Source: an uncultured Bacteroides sp. (GTDB lineage Bacteria; Bacteroidota; Bacteroidia; Bacteroidales; Bacteroidaceae). Taken from it: a stretch of DNA of 64,000 bases. Of this stretch, positions 1 through 10,945 are shown one piece after another. Where the stretch lies: positions 1,693 through 65,692 of the forward strand of contig CAAFUN010000147.1 of assembly GCA_900766195.1 (NCBI GenBank), written 5' to 3'. The translations under genes and the position numbers were made by a program. The notes beneath the pieces were generated by a model that saw only the letters and a program-made list of their open reading frames with translations, did no database searches and had not been told where the DNA came from. Position 1 is the first letter of the stretch; every line of letters starts with the position of its first letter.

Positions 1-897
1 CAACGCGTAAAAGATGATTATGCTTCACTTAGTCTGGATGCACTTAAACTCTATTACCTTTTACCTGAGAATTACCGTGATGCATTCGATCAATTGGTTC
101 TATTCCCTATTCAGGCCTGCGCTAATCTGTATGAAATGTATTACGCATTAGCGATGAACCGTTCATTGGCAGCAAAACAAGACCCCACAGCCAATTGCTG
201 GGCAGAGAAAGTGAAAGATTGCTTTGAGCGCGATTCTGTCTTGACACATCATTATAATAAAGTGATGAGCAACGGAAAATGGAATCATATCATGGATCAA
301 ACCCACATTGGTTATCGCTCGTGGAATGATCCACGGTATAACATTATGCCTGCTGTATCAACTATGCCTCAACCGGAATCAAAGCCTTATGTTTTTACAG
401 AAAAAGAAGGTTATGTCTCAATGGAAGCTCAACATTATACAAGTGCCGACAATGGTCAGTCAGCAAAATGGATCGTCATTCCCAACTTGGGACGAACATT
501 GTCTGCCGTAACAACGTCGCCGTGCACCGCTACTCCGGACGAAAGTATGTTTTTGGAATATGATTTTGATACCGCATATAAGGGTGAAGCCAAAGTATAT
601 GTACGCTTCTCTCCTACGCTCAATTTTAATGATAATAAAGGCCTGCGCTATGCCATCAGCATAGACGGAAAACCGGAACAAATAGTAAACATCAACGGAC
701 ATTATCAAGGCGAACTTGGAAAATGGCAAGCCGAGCAAATCATTACATCAGAAACGAAACATGACATCTCCGGACAAAACAGACATACGTTGAAGATTCG
801 TCCGCTCGACCCGGCACTTGTCATTCAAAAGATTATGATTGATTTTGGAGGTATGAAACCTTCTTTCCTCGGGCCTCCTGAAAGTCCTTTGAAATAA
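1..897 (+). CDS. Glycoside hydrolase family 115 (alpha-glucuronidase), C-terminal part; gene begins before the window
   Basis: Frame is open from base 1 (QRVKDDY...RDAFDQLVLFP). GKWNHIMDQTHIGY motif and a C-terminal beta domain (GYVSMEAQHY...LRYAISIDG...DPALVIQKIMID...PSFLGPPES) are typical of the GH115 C-terminus. Confidence 0.8.
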   Translation, partial: QRVKDDYASLSLDALKLYYLLPENYRDAFDQLVLFPIQACANLYEMYYALAMNRSLAAKQDPTANCWAEKVKDCFERDSVLTHHYNKVMSNGKWNHIMDQTHIGYRSWNDPRYNIMPAVSTMPQPESKPYVFTEKEGYVSMEAQHYTSADNGQSAKWIVIPNLGRTLSAVTTSPCTATPDESMFLEYDFDTAYKGEAKVYVRFSPTLNFNDNKGLRYAISIDGKPEQIVNINGHYQGELGKWQAEQIITSETKHDISGQNRHTLKIRPLDPALVIQKIMIDFGGMKPSFLGPPESPLK

Positions 898-951
898 TTT
901 GCGCCTTTTATAGAAGCTCAATAAGAAGCGTAAAGCAAACCTATTCATATG

Positions 952-1046
952 CCCAGGGATAAGCAATAGTTAACCCTGGGCATTTTACTTCTTTACCTGG
1001 GGTAAACTGTTACTCATCCTAGGGCATCGGGGAAAGATGCCCTAGG
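952..1046. repeat. Intergenic palindromic array with 22-bp period (CCC-W-GGG-like core)
   Basis: Cores cccaggg 952, ccctggg 974, cctgggg 996, cctaggg 1018, ccctagg 1040 are exactly 22 bp apart; adjacent units pair as hairpins. Confidence 0.8.
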
Positions 1047-1464
1047 CAATCAAATCTCTACCTCTCCCAAGGTAGCAATACTACCTCAGATTTATACCCA
1101 AGATCGTTCGTCGTTGTATATGAATGGAAACAATCTATTCTCCTACATTATAAAAGTTATCTTTTCTCGCACCTATAAAGTTTAAAGAAAAACAACGACT
1201 CTTTTTTAACTTTATAAACATATATTTAAGTTACCATAAGCATCACATATAATGTACTTATACTCATCTATTTTCTACGCTATTCAGATAATCTTTCGTC
1301 AAATATAAGCTATTATAGTACAATTTTGGCATAGAAATGTAATATGTACGCTTCATTTTTGAAACATGTTTAATCCAAATTTGCGCAAAAATTCATTAAG
1401 GACTGCAAACAATCCTATATTACTTATTCTATTTATTCACCGTCAGTCCTAGAAAGTTAGAAAT

Positions 1465-3441
1465 ATGAGAAATGTAACAAAACAGTTATTGTGGTTAGTG
1501 TTAACTGCTATTCTACCGTTAATTGCTTGTAGTAGTGAAAACAACGAAGATGTATCTACAGAAAATTTTAATGTACAGTTTGAAGTACCCAAAACGGTTG
1601 ATGTAACCAAGGGTGGAGAGTGTATCTTTACAGTAAATAATGGAGGTTCCCCTCAAATGTCAGATTCATTTGTCTTGGAATCTGATCAAGGCATCTCCTA
1701 TGTCTGTCCTTTCGTCACAGTATCCTCAAAAAGTTTCACGATACAGCTTTCAAACGAATGCAAAACCGGCTATTATAAAATCTATATTAAAAGAGATACA
1801 CGAAAAAAATCATTTGGTAGTATATATATCAATATTGTTGATAAACTAGCTTTCAAGCCAGACGAAGGCACTACTATCTATGGAGTTGTCTCTACCACAG
1901 AAGGTCCTGTAAAAGGCGTTGTAGTGTCGGATGGTGTAGAAGTAACCACTACAGACGAAAATGGCATTTATCAACTTAAGTCTGCAAAGAAGTGGAAATA
2001 TGCTTTCATATCCATTCCAAGCAGTTATGAAGTGCCTTCTTCAGGAGTACTTCCTATTTTCTATAAAACGTTGAAAGGCGATGCCAGCACACCAGAGCGT
2101 ATAGATTTTACGCTGAACAAAGTCTCTGGACAAGATACATATAAAGTATTCATGCTTGGTGATATGCATCTTGCCAACCGGACAAACGACAGTGGACAGT
2201 TTTTAGAGTTTACATCCGACCTCAACAACTATCGTAATCTTCATCAAAATGAGAAGATGTATGCGATTGCTTTGGGGGACATGACTTGGGACTTATATTG
2301 GTACTCTAATAACTATGCCATCCCAGAATACCTTAACACTATCAACAGTCAAGTAAAAGACTTACAGATATTCCATACCATCGGTAATCATGATAACGAT
2401 TACAAAGCCACGTCTGATATCGATGCAGAGAGTAAGTTTATTACTTATATTGCCCCCACATATTATTCTTTTAATATAGGCAAAGTTCACTACGTCATTT
2501 TGGATGATATTGATTGCAGCAACTATGACGGAACAACCTCCCGCAATTATGAAAAGAGAATATCTGACGGACAGTTGAGCTGGCTATCCAAAGACCTCTC
2601 CTATATCAGTAAATCTACCCCGCTGGTTGTCGTGATGCATGCCCAAGTGTTCTATCCTTCCGAATCTTCGGATTTTAAAATAGATCATGACGCAACCAAT
2701 ACCGCTCAGCTATTCAATATACTGAATGGTTATCAGGTGCACTTTGTAACAGGGCACACTCATATGAACTTCAATGTAGTTCCCGAATCCTCCATTACAG
2801 ATGGGCGGAATTTCTATGAGCATAATACGGGAGCTATCTGTGCCTCTTGGTGGTGGTCAGCTTACCTGACACCAGGTGTTCATATCAGCCTTGATGGTAC
2901 CCCTGGTGGATATGGTATCTGGGATATTTCCGGAAAAGACATTAGCTATATATATAAGGCTACCGGACGATCGGAAGATTACCAATTCCGTAGTTACGAT
3001 TTAAACAAGGTCAATTTCTCATTAGCTGATGTGCCGCAAATGCCCACTAGCATTTCCAGTTCCATTAAGAAAGAGTATACAAAATATGTCGATGCTTATC
3101 CGGCAAATACCAACAATGAAGTACTGATAAACATATGGAACTGGAATCCGCGCTGGACACTGACAGTGACTGATGAGGCAGGTAATAATCTGACTCCAAC
3201 AAAAGTGTGGGCCTATGACCCATTGCATATTGCTGCCCTATCTGTGAAACGTTTCAATTCGACCAGTATTACATCGGTACCCAGTTTCATCACCGAGAAG
3301 TTCCCTCATTTTTTCAAAGTACAAGCAGCAGACGCCAATACAGACTTGCAAATTACAGTCAAGGACGAATTTGGACACACTTGGACGGAAAATATGCAGC
3401 GTCCCAAAGAATTTTCTACGGATGCTTACAAACAGAAATGA
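1465..3441 (+). CDS. Calcineurin-like metallophosphoesterase lipoprotein
   Basis: Lipobox LIAC; complete metallophosphoesterase motif set DMH, GD, GNHD, MH, GHTH; GVVVSDG...TDENG N-terminal accessory domain. Confidence 0.88.
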   Translation: MRNVTKQLLWLVLTAILPLIACSSENNEDVSTENFNVQFEVPKTVDVTKGGECIFTVNNGGSPQMSDSFVLESDQGISYVCPFVTVSSKSFTIQLSNECKTGYYKIYIKRDTRKKSFGSIYINIVDKLAFKPDEGTTIYGVVSTTEGPVKGVVVSDGVEVTTTDENGIYQLKSAKKWKYAFISIPSSYEVPSSGVLPIFYKTLKGDASTPERIDFTLNKVSGQDTYKVFMLGDMHLANRTNDSGQFLEFTSDLNNYRNLHQNEKMYAIALGDMTWDLYWYSNNYAIPEYLNTINSQVKDLQIFHTIGNHDNDYKATSDIDAESKFITYIAPTYYSFNIGKVHYVILDDIDCSNYDGTTSRNYEKRISDGQLSWLSKDLSYISKSTPLVVVMHAQVFYPSESSDFKIDHDATNTAQLFNILNGYQVHFVTGHTHMNFNVVPESSITDGRNFYEHNTGAICASWWWSAYLTPGVHISLDGTPGGYGIWDISGKDISYIYKATGRSEDYQFRSYDLNKVNFSLADVPQMPTSISSSIKKEYTKYVDAYPANTNNEVLINIWNWNPRWTLTVTDEAGNNLTPTKVWAYDPLHIAALSVKRFNSTSITSVPSFITEKFPHFFKVQAADANTDLQITVKDEFGHTWTENMQRPKEFSTDAYKQK

Positions 3442-3481
3442 AGCAAGCTTTTATTGAAATCAATTAATTCTTAAACAATTT

Positions 3482-6400
3482 ATGAAAGTATTCAAATCAT
3501 TGGTTTTATTACTACTGTTATTTGCTTTAGAAAGTAATTCAATCCTTTCAGCCCAAAACAGAGTGATATCAGGTAAAGTACTGGATGTTCAGCAGGAGCC
3601 TCTTGCCGGAGTCACAATCCAGGTCAATAATACCTCTAAAGGTAGTATCTCTGCAGCAGACGGTTCTTTCAATATTCAGATCCCGTCGGAAGCTGTTATC
3701 TTAAATTTCTCTTATGTGGGTTATCTGCCTCAGAAAGTTAAGGTTACTCCAAACCAAAAGAATATAACGGTTTACCTGCAAGAAGATGCCGTTTTATTGG
3801 ACGAAGCAGTGGTTGTGGGTTACGGCACACAGAAAAGAGTAAACCTTACCGGAGCTGTTGCTACAGTTGAAAGCAAAGCGCTTGAGAACCGTGTATCCCA
3901 CTCATTGACCAACATGCTGCAAGGTTCTGTAGCGGGACTTAATATCACCACATCTTCCGGAGTACCGGGCAGTTCACCTTCTGTCAATGTGCGTGGAGTA
4001 ACCTCAATCAACGGTGCAGAACCTCTTGTTCTTATTGATGGAGCTGTCGGTGATCTGGACCGTATCAACCCGAATGATGTCGAATCCATTTCTGTCATTA
4101 AGGATGCCTCCGCCGCAGCTGTTTATGGTGCACGTGCAGCTTTTGGTGTTATACTTGTCACCACTAAATCAGGATCTCCTCAAGACGGCAAAGCAACAGT
4201 ACGCTATAGTGGTCGTATAGGATGGGAAAGTCCTACAACTTCCACCAACTATGAAACGACCGGATATTGGTCTGTATATACCGTCAACAAATTTTGGAAA
4301 GCCGATTCAGGAACACAATATGTAAACTATACGGATCATGATATGCAACAGTTGCTGGCACGTGTGAACGATAAGACTGAAAATCCCGATCGCCCGTGGG
4401 TAGTGGAAGAAGAAAGAAACGGACGCAACCAGTGGGTTTACTATGGCAATTATGACTGGTGGCATATGCTCTTTAAAGATAATCACCCCACGCAACAGCA
4501 CAACGTTTCCATAAGTGGTGGGACAAAAGACGTCAAATACCTTGTATCCGGTGCATATGATTATCAAAAAGGAATACTAAAGATGAATCCCGATATCTAC
4601 CGAAAGTACAATTTGCGTTCAAAAATAGATTTCCGGATAAACAAATGGACCACAATGTCCAACAACACCTCATTCTATGGTTCACAATATTCTTTTCAAG
4701 GAGATGGTGACGTTGAGAACACCCTTGCTTATAGTGCTAGGCATGCATTGGCTTGTTTTCCTATGCAGAACCCTGACGGATCATGGCTTTACAGTACTCC
4801 TTATTTAAACTATAAAGTAGCAAATGGCCGTCACATTCTTCTTGGCGAAGGATCTCACCGCAATGTGGAACGGGCAAATGATTTCTCAAATACCACACGG
4901 CTTGTTATTACTCCAATCAAATCGCTGAGTTTTACTGCAGATTTCACCTATCGCCTTTATCAGACACGAAACACCAACCGCACCAATAATATGTATTACA
5001 GAGACTATCCTGGTGCTGCGCTCGGCGTTTATGCCACCGGTGCAGGTGCCAACCGTTTGGATGAATCGGTAAAAACAAGCAACTACTATTCTGTTAATGC
5101 ATATGCCAACTATGACGAAACATTTAAAGGTGTGCATCATTTCTCAGGTGTAGTCGGATTTAACTATGAGACACTGAAAAGGAAAAATGTTTCAGCTTAT
5201 GGTGAGTACCTCTCTTCTACAACGCTGGATGACCTTGATCTTGTTGGTCAAAATTCGGTAGGTGAAACAATCACCGGCGTAGGTGGTGGGCAAAATGCAT
5301 ACGCTCTGGAAGGTATTTTTGGCCGTCTTAATTACGATTACAAAGGACGTTACCTCTTTGAAGCCAGTGCACGTTATGACGGAACTTCACGTTTCTCCAA
5401 AGGTAGTCGATGGGGATGGTTTCCTTCCGCATCAGCAGGTTGGCGCATTTCAGAAGAACCTTTCTTCAAACCGGCGCGCAATGTTATAGACAACTTAAAG
5501 CTGAGAGCCTCGTATGGTAGTTTGGGTAACCAAAATGTTTCGTCTTACTATACTTCCATGCGACTGGTTTCTATTAATGACTTCTCCGCTTATTCATTCG
5601 GCGAAGGTAGTGCCATGGCCAAATATTCAACCTTGAGTTCTCCGGTGGCATCCAATTTAACTTGGGAAAAGGCCCAACAATGGGATTTAGGTTTTGATCT
5701 CTCAATGCTAAATAACCGATTGAGTTTTACAGCAGATGGATACGTTCGCAACACAAAAGACATGTTGACCGACGGTATCGAACTACCTGCAGTATACGGA
5801 GCCAGTGTCCCACAAATGAATACAGCTGACTTGCGTACGAAAGGTTATGAATTGTCCGTTATGTGGAGGGATTATGTTTCTTTAGGACACCAAAAGCTGG
5901 AGTATAGCATAGGTTTAAATGTCAGCGACTATAGAAGCTATATTACTAAATATGACAATAGTGATAAGACTTTTGCCAAATCTTATTATAAAGGCATGCG
6001 TTTGGGAGAAATTTGGGGATTCGTCACCGACGGATTGTACCAAAGTACTGAAGAAGCACAAGCTTATGCCAAAGAAGTGGATTTAAGCTATATCAACAAG
6101 CGCATTACGGGTGGATGGCAAGCAGGTGATTTAAAGTTTGTCGATCTTGATGGTGATAAAAAATTGGGAATTGGCAGCAACACTGTCGACAATCCAGGCG
6201 ACCGTAAAATTTTGGGTAATTCACTCCCGAGCTTCTCTTATGGCATAAACGCAAGCATTCGCTGTGCCGGTTTCGATACATCCGTCTTTTTCCAAGGTAC
6301 CGGCAATCATTATTGGTATCCTTCCGGACAGGCCATGCAATTTTGGGGACCCTATTCATACCCCTACCTGACCTATCTACAGAAAGATTTCCTCAAAGAT

Positions 6401-6748
6401 GTATGGGCAGAAGATAACCGTGATGCATACTTCACACGCCCTATGGCCTACTCCTCCACTTCCGGTCCGTTAAGCAAAGTCAACGACCGTTACCTTCAGA
6501 ATATACGTTACCTACGCTTCAAAAACCTAACCGTAGGATATACCATTCCATCCAATTTGACTAAAAAAGCAGGTATTGACATGGTACGTTTCTACTTTTC
6601 GGGTGAAAACCTATGCTACTGGTCACCTATTAAGAAGCATTCCAAATACATTGACCCGGAAGCAGCTATAAACAGAAGCGATGCTTACAACAATGCATAC
6701 TATCCTTGGCAAAAGACCTTTATGTTCGGTATAGATATTACATTTTAA
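3482..6748 (+). CDS. SusC/RagA-family TonB-dependent transporter
   Basis: N-terminal carboxypeptidase-regulatory-like domain, VVVGYGTQK, KDASAAAVYGARAAFGVILVTTK plug motif, RYDGTSRF, C-terminal Phe. Confidence 0.97.
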   Translation: MKVFKSLVLLLLLFALESNSILSAQNRVISGKVLDVQQEPLAGVTIQVNNTSKGSISAADGSFNIQIPSEAVILNFSYVGYLPQKVKVTPNQKNITVYLQEDAVLLDEAVVVGYGTQKRVNLTGAVATVESKALENRVSHSLTNMLQGSVAGLNITTSSGVPGSSPSVNVRGVTSINGAEPLVLIDGAVGDLDRINPNDVESISVIKDASAAAVYGARAAFGVILVTTKSGSPQDGKATVRYSGRIGWESPTTSTNYETTGYWSVYTVNKFWKADSGTQYVNYTDHDMQQLLARVNDKTENPDRPWVVEEERNGRNQWVYYGNYDWWHMLFKDNHPTQQHNVSISGGTKDVKYLVSGAYDYQKGILKMNPDIYRKYNLRSKIDFRINKWTTMSNNTSFYGSQYSFQGDGDVENTLAYSARHALACFPMQNPDGSWLYSTPYLNYKVANGRHILLGEGSHRNVERANDFSNTTRLVITPIKSLSFTADFTYRLYQTRNTNRTNNMYYRDYPGAALGVYATGAGANRLDESVKTSNYYSVNAYANYDETFKGVHHFSGVVGFNYETLKRKNVSAYGEYLSSTTLDDLDLVGQNSVGETITGVGGGQNAYALEGIFGRLNYDYKGRYLFEASARYDGTSRFSKGSRWGWFPSASAGWRISEEPFFKPARNVIDNLKLRASYGSLGNQNVSSYYTSMRLVSINDFSAYSFGEGSAMAKYSTLSSPVASNLTWEKAQQWDLGFDLSMLNNRLSFTADGYVRNTKDMLTDGIELPAVYGASVPQMNTADLRTKGYELSVMWRDYVSLGHQKLEYSIGLNVSDYRSYITKYDNSDKTFAKSYYKGMRLGEIWGFVTDGLYQSTEEAQAYAKEVDLSYINKRITGGWQAGDLKFVDLDGDKKLGIGSNTVDNPGDRKILGNSLPSFSYGINASIRCAGFDTSVFFQGTGNHYWYPSGQAMQFWGPYSYPYLTYLQKDFLKDVWAEDNRDAYFTRPMAYSSTSGPLSKVNDRYLQNIRYLRFKNLTVGYTIPSNLTKKAGIDMVRFYFSGENLCYWSPIKKHSKYIDPEAAINRSDAYNNAYYPWQKTFMFGIDITF

Positions 6749-6769
6749 TCTCATAAAGTTATAATTATA

Positions 6770-8572
6770 ATGAAACGATTTATTACAGCTGCAATAATAT
6801 TGCTCATAGGGCTCACAGCTTGCGACGATCTACTCGACTTGCATCCTTTAAGCCAAATCTCGCAAACTGATTATTTTAAGACTGAAACGGATCTCCAACT
6901 TTTCAGTAACTCTTTCTACAATAACTTGCTCAACAAATCTCCTTACGATGAGCAAAGCGATATCTATATCCAACAGAACCTTTCGGACGAAATGCTGGGA
7001 GGCACAAAACGAACTGTACCTGCTTCGGGTGGAGGATGGTCGTGGGGCGACTTGCGCAAGATGAATACATTATTGGCTTATGCCAACCAATGTGAGGATA
7101 AGAATGCCGTCGTCAAATATACGGCACTGACTCGCTTCTTCCGCGCATTCTTCTATTTCGAGAAAGTCAAACGTTTCGGTGATGTGCCATGGTATGATGC
7201 AGAACTCGGTTCTTCAGATCAGGCTCTCTACAAAGCACGCGACTCACGTGAGGTCATAATGACTCACATGATTGAAGACATTGACTATGCCATAGCCAAT
7301 CTACCGGATAAAAAGCAAGAAACGAGTAGTCCCTATCGCGTCAACAAATGGGCAGCTATGGCATTGAAAGCTCAATTCTGCCTCTACGAAGGTACTTTTC
7401 GTAAATATCACGGACTCAATCTTGACGGGCATGCTTATACATACTATCTCGAGCAGTCGGCCGCAGCAGCACAAGAGCTGATGAAGACCGGCCCGTACAA
7501 ATTGTATAGCACCGGGAATCCGGGAAAAGATTATCTCACCCTCTTTGCTGAAGAAAATGCCAATCCTGATGAGTATATCTTTGCTATTAAATTCGACTAT
7601 GGGCTCAACATCTATCATAATGCCACTGCCCATACATTAGTACCGACACAAGGTCGCCCCGGATTCACCCGTAAGATGGTGAATACCTATCTTAAAAAAG
7701 ATGGTACGGCATTTACCAATGAAACAGGCTGGCAGGAAATGTCCTTTATCGACGAAGTAAAGAATCGTGATCCCCGTCTGGCTCAAAGTATCCGTACTCC
7801 GGGCTATACACGCATCGGACAAACAAAAGTGCTTGCTCCCGATCTTTCTATCAGTGTTACCGGTTATCAGCCGATTAAGTTTGTTCAGGATCCTACAGCT
7901 TCAGGTGGAAATGTTGATCGTAATGACCGGTCCACATGCGATCTTCCGGTTTATCGTTATGCAGAAGTATTGCTGAATTATGCCGAAGCCAAAGCAGAAT
8001 TGGGAACCTTGACACAGGATGATCTTGATAACTCCATTAATCTGATTCGCAGACGGGTAGGAATGCCTGATCTCAACATGAGTAGCGCCAATGCTAACCC
8101 TGACAGGTATCTTTCTTCCGATGACACTGGTTACTCAAATGTTACAGGTACAAACAAAGGTGTCATCCTGGAAATCCGTCGCGAACGGACCATTGAACTG
8201 ATGCAGGAAGGTTTTCGTTTTGATGACTTGGTACGTTGGAAAGCAGGTCATTGCATTGACCAGTCCATTTATGGCATGTATTTCCCTGGTCCCGGAGAGT
8301 ACGATCTTACAGGTGACGGAGTAGCAGACGTAATACTTTATGCTTCCGGAACCTCCAAGCCATCAGCCGCATCAGGAACGCAAGTATACAAAATCGGTGA
8401 AGAAATCATTCTTTCCGAGGGCAACAAAGGCTATGTTTCTTATCATAAAAATATTGAAAGAACTCCTTTCTCTGAACAGCGTGATTATCTCTATCCGATT
8501 CCAAGTGATGAACGCTCTCTTAATAAGAACCTCACTCAGAATCCGGGTTGGAATGACGGACTTGACTTTTAA
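6770..8572 (+). CDS. SusD/RagB-family lipoprotein
   Basis: Lipobox LTAC; FGDVPW, RYAEVLLNYAEA, ERTIELMQEGFRFDDLVRWK, YLYPIP...QNPGW; follows SusC. Confidence 0.96.
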   Translation: MKRFITAAIILLIGLTACDDLLDLHPLSQISQTDYFKTETDLQLFSNSFYNNLLNKSPYDEQSDIYIQQNLSDEMLGGTKRTVPASGGGWSWGDLRKMNTLLAYANQCEDKNAVVKYTALTRFFRAFFYFEKVKRFGDVPWYDAELGSSDQALYKARDSREVIMTHMIEDIDYAIANLPDKKQETSSPYRVNKWAAMALKAQFCLYEGTFRKYHGLNLDGHAYTYYLEQSAAAAQELMKTGPYKLYSTGNPGKDYLTLFAEENANPDEYIFAIKFDYGLNIYHNATAHTLVPTQGRPGFTRKMVNTYLKKDGTAFTNETGWQEMSFIDEVKNRDPRLAQSIRTPGYTRIGQTKVLAPDLSISVTGYQPIKFVQDPTASGGNVDRNDRSTCDLPVYRYAEVLLNYAEAKAELGTLTQDDLDNSINLIRRRVGMPDLNMSSANANPDRYLSSDDTGYSNVTGTNKGVILEIRRERTIELMQEGFRFDDLVRWKAGHCIDQSIYGMYFPGPGEYDLTGDGVADVILYASGTSKPSAASGTQVYKIGEEIILSEGNKGYVSYHKNIERTPFSEQRDYLYPIPSDERSLNKNLTQNPGWNDGLDF

Positions 8573-8603
8573 TAAAAATGGAATATGATATAAAACTCTC
8601 AAT

Positions 8604-10115
8604 ATGAAGAAACTTATAAACTATATAATAATCTCATTCTTATTGGTATCAATTAACTTCCTTACTGGTTGCAGTAAGGAAGAAAATACACTCTCCAAGG
8701 CTGTCTTGGCAAGTGCAGGTACATTGAATTTTGAAGCAACCGGTTCATCTCAAAAGATAATTACCATATATGCGGACGGCGACTGGGTATCAGAAGCTCC
8801 CGATTGGATTACAATTACTCCTTCTACAGGTACCGGAACAATGGATGTTACTGTTTCTGTAGCAGATAATATGCGCAACGGATCCATAGACAATCCTCGT
8901 AAATCATCCATCGTTTTTAAAGGAGCCACATTGGCAAGTCAAGCCGCAGTGATCATTTTGCAAAATGGAGATAAATATCGTGATAGCAAGGAATATACTT
9001 TGAGCCAATTAAGTTCATTAGCCGATGAAACAGTGGTTTCTGTCCCAGGAGTTACAGTAACAGCCGTTACAACAAAAGGATTCGTCGCAACAGATGCACA
9101 AAGTCAAGTGAACGTATACATGCTGACAACAGCAAGTGTAAATATAGGAGATAAGGTCTCGGTAAAGGGACTGAAATATACCCAATCAGGAGGGCTTGTT
9201 TATGTGGAATGTGATAGAATGAACATTGACTCAAAAGGCAACACAGTCACTTATCCCGAAGCAACTGATATTACTAACAAGATAGATTCTTACTCTTCCA
9301 ATTCAAGAGACCTTATTACAGTCAACGGTATATTGAATGGCAGTAATATCATAGTAGAAGGGGCAAGCTATTCCATAGCCATCACTGATGCTCCTGACAA
9401 TTTGAATCTATCCTCATTGAACGGTCACACAGTAACCATTACGGGTTATTTTGCAGGCGTTGCGGCTCCTGTAGTCAAGATAATGGCAGCTACTGTAAAA
9501 GATCTTGGAGTAGCAGAGGTTATCTATTTTTCAGATGATTTTGAATGGTTGCAACCTTGGGCTAATGCCAACGGGGCAGGTCAAACAGTAGAAAATAATG
9601 GAACTGGAGAGGCACCGCAAATTTACAGTGCAAAGAATGCCAGTGGACAACTAGCTTCAGATGCTCTTGTTGCACAAGGATATGGACTTGAAGAAATTCC
9701 TGGACATGCCATCTATCTTCAGAAATCATACCTCAAATTTGGAAAGACGGATTATCAGGCCGGTTTAACTCTTCCTGCTATAGATAATATCCCAACAGGT
9801 ACTAAACTGATGCTCTCCTTTGACTGGGCACCGATGGTAGGAGGAACAGGAAAATTTGATCCGGTAAAAATTATAGTTTCCATCACCAATGGTAGTCAAA
9901 TTATCCAACTGAATCCTATTGGTCATAGCTTTGTGGACACAGTAGATAAACTGAAATGGCTTCATGCCGAAGTTCTCATTGAGGGAGTTACAATTACCAA
10001 AGACAGTCGTATAAGCATCAAATCCGACGGTTGGGGAGATACTAAAAGTACTACAGGTAGCAGTGTTTATCGAAGATGGTTTATTGATAATATCAAGCTG
10101 ACAAAGGCTAACTGA
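8604..10115 (+). CDS. Surface lipoprotein with BACON domain, OB-fold-like middle and C-terminal beta-sandwich
   Basis: Lipobox LTGC; DGDW...PDWITITP...DVTVSVADN...R BACON pattern; position after SusD. Confidence 0.75.
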   Translation: MKKLINYIIISFLLVSINFLTGCSKEENTLSKAVLASAGTLNFEATGSSQKIITIYADGDWVSEAPDWITITPSTGTGTMDVTVSVADNMRNGSIDNPRKSSIVFKGATLASQAAVIILQNGDKYRDSKEYTLSQLSSLADETVVSVPGVTVTAVTTKGFVATDAQSQVNVYMLTTASVNIGDKVSVKGLKYTQSGGLVYVECDRMNIDSKGNTVTYPEATDITNKIDSYSSNSRDLITVNGILNGSNIIVEGASYSIAITDAPDNLNLSSLNGHTVTITGYFAGVAAPVVKIMAATVKDLGVAEVIYFSDDFEWLQPWANANGAGQTVENNGTGEAPQIYSAKNASGQLASDALVAQGYGLEEIPGHAIYLQKSYLKFGKTDYQAGLTLPAIDNIPTGTKLMLSFDWAPMVGGTGKFDPVKIIVSITNGSQIIQLNPIGHSFVDTVDKLKWLHAEVLIEGVTITKDSRISIKSDGWGDTKSTTGSSVYRRWFIDNIKLTKAN

Positions 10116-10262
10116 TATATTACATGCCACTTTTATTATAAATAAAATCAAAAATCAGTAAACTTATCATAATCACAACGATATTTAACAAACAATATTT
10201 AAAAGGAATTTGTTATGCAAAAGTCTAGATTTGATTTAACAAAAACTAATAAATAACAGATT

Positions 10263-10856
10263 ATGAGAAAGTTTATTGCATTAACAGTAGTAATGATTGT
10301 ATGTAGCATGTATTCAACAACCATTTGGGCACAAGATGTTGACCAACAGGACCCTTTAACAAAAAAAGAAGTTCGTGAAGAGAAACGTGCTCGTGCAAAA
10401 GCAGAAGAGGACTCTATTAATAAGATTCTCTACAACAATGCTCTTATTTCGCTGAAAGATCAACAGTTTGTTCTAGAAGCGACACAAGTGAGATTTAGAG
10501 ACGGTTACACAGCTTATGTAAACTCTAATACAAACTTTGTATTAATGAAAGGTGAGCATTCTACCGTTCAAGTAGCATTCAATACTCCTTATTCAGGTCC
10601 TAACGGAATTGGCGGTGTAACAGTTGATGGTCGGATGTCAGGTTTGAAAATGACTAAAGATAAGAGAGGAAATGTAAACTATAACTTTAATGTACAAGGA
10701 ATAGGAATCTCTGCACAAATCTTTATTACACTAAGTGAAGGTGGAAACAATGCTACGGTAGACATTAGTCCAAACTTTAATTCGAACAACATGACGCTTA
10801 CAGGTAAGATCGTTCCATTGAGCGAATCAAGCGTATTCAAAGGCAGAGCATTATAA
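10263..10856 (+). CDS. DUF4251-family exported protein
   Basis: Signal peptide; FVLEA...NFV...GPNGIGGVTVDG motif typical of DUF4251. Confidence 0.8.
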   Translation: MRKFIALTVVMIVCSMYSTTIWAQDVDQQDPLTKKEVREEKRARAKAEEDSINKILYNNALISLKDQQFVLEATQVRFRDGYTAYVNSNTNFVLMKGEHSTVQVAFNTPYSGPNGIGGVTVDGRMSGLKMTKDKRGNVNYNFNVQGIGISAQIFITLSEGGNNATVDISPNFNSNNMTLTGKIVPLSESSVFKGRAL

Positions 10857-10874
10857 TCTGCAAGATATTAAATC

Positions 10875-10927
10875 AACTCCGTTGCTTGTCACTTTAAAAA
10901 GTGTACATTTGCAACGGAGTTTTTTTT
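10875..10927 (+). terminator. Intrinsic terminator overlapping a -7 promoter box for the next gene
   Basis: aactccgttgc (10875) / gcaacggagtt (10911) followed by a T run; TACATTTG at 10904-10911. Confidence 0.6.
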
Positions 10928-10945
10928 ATACCATATTATCTATAT

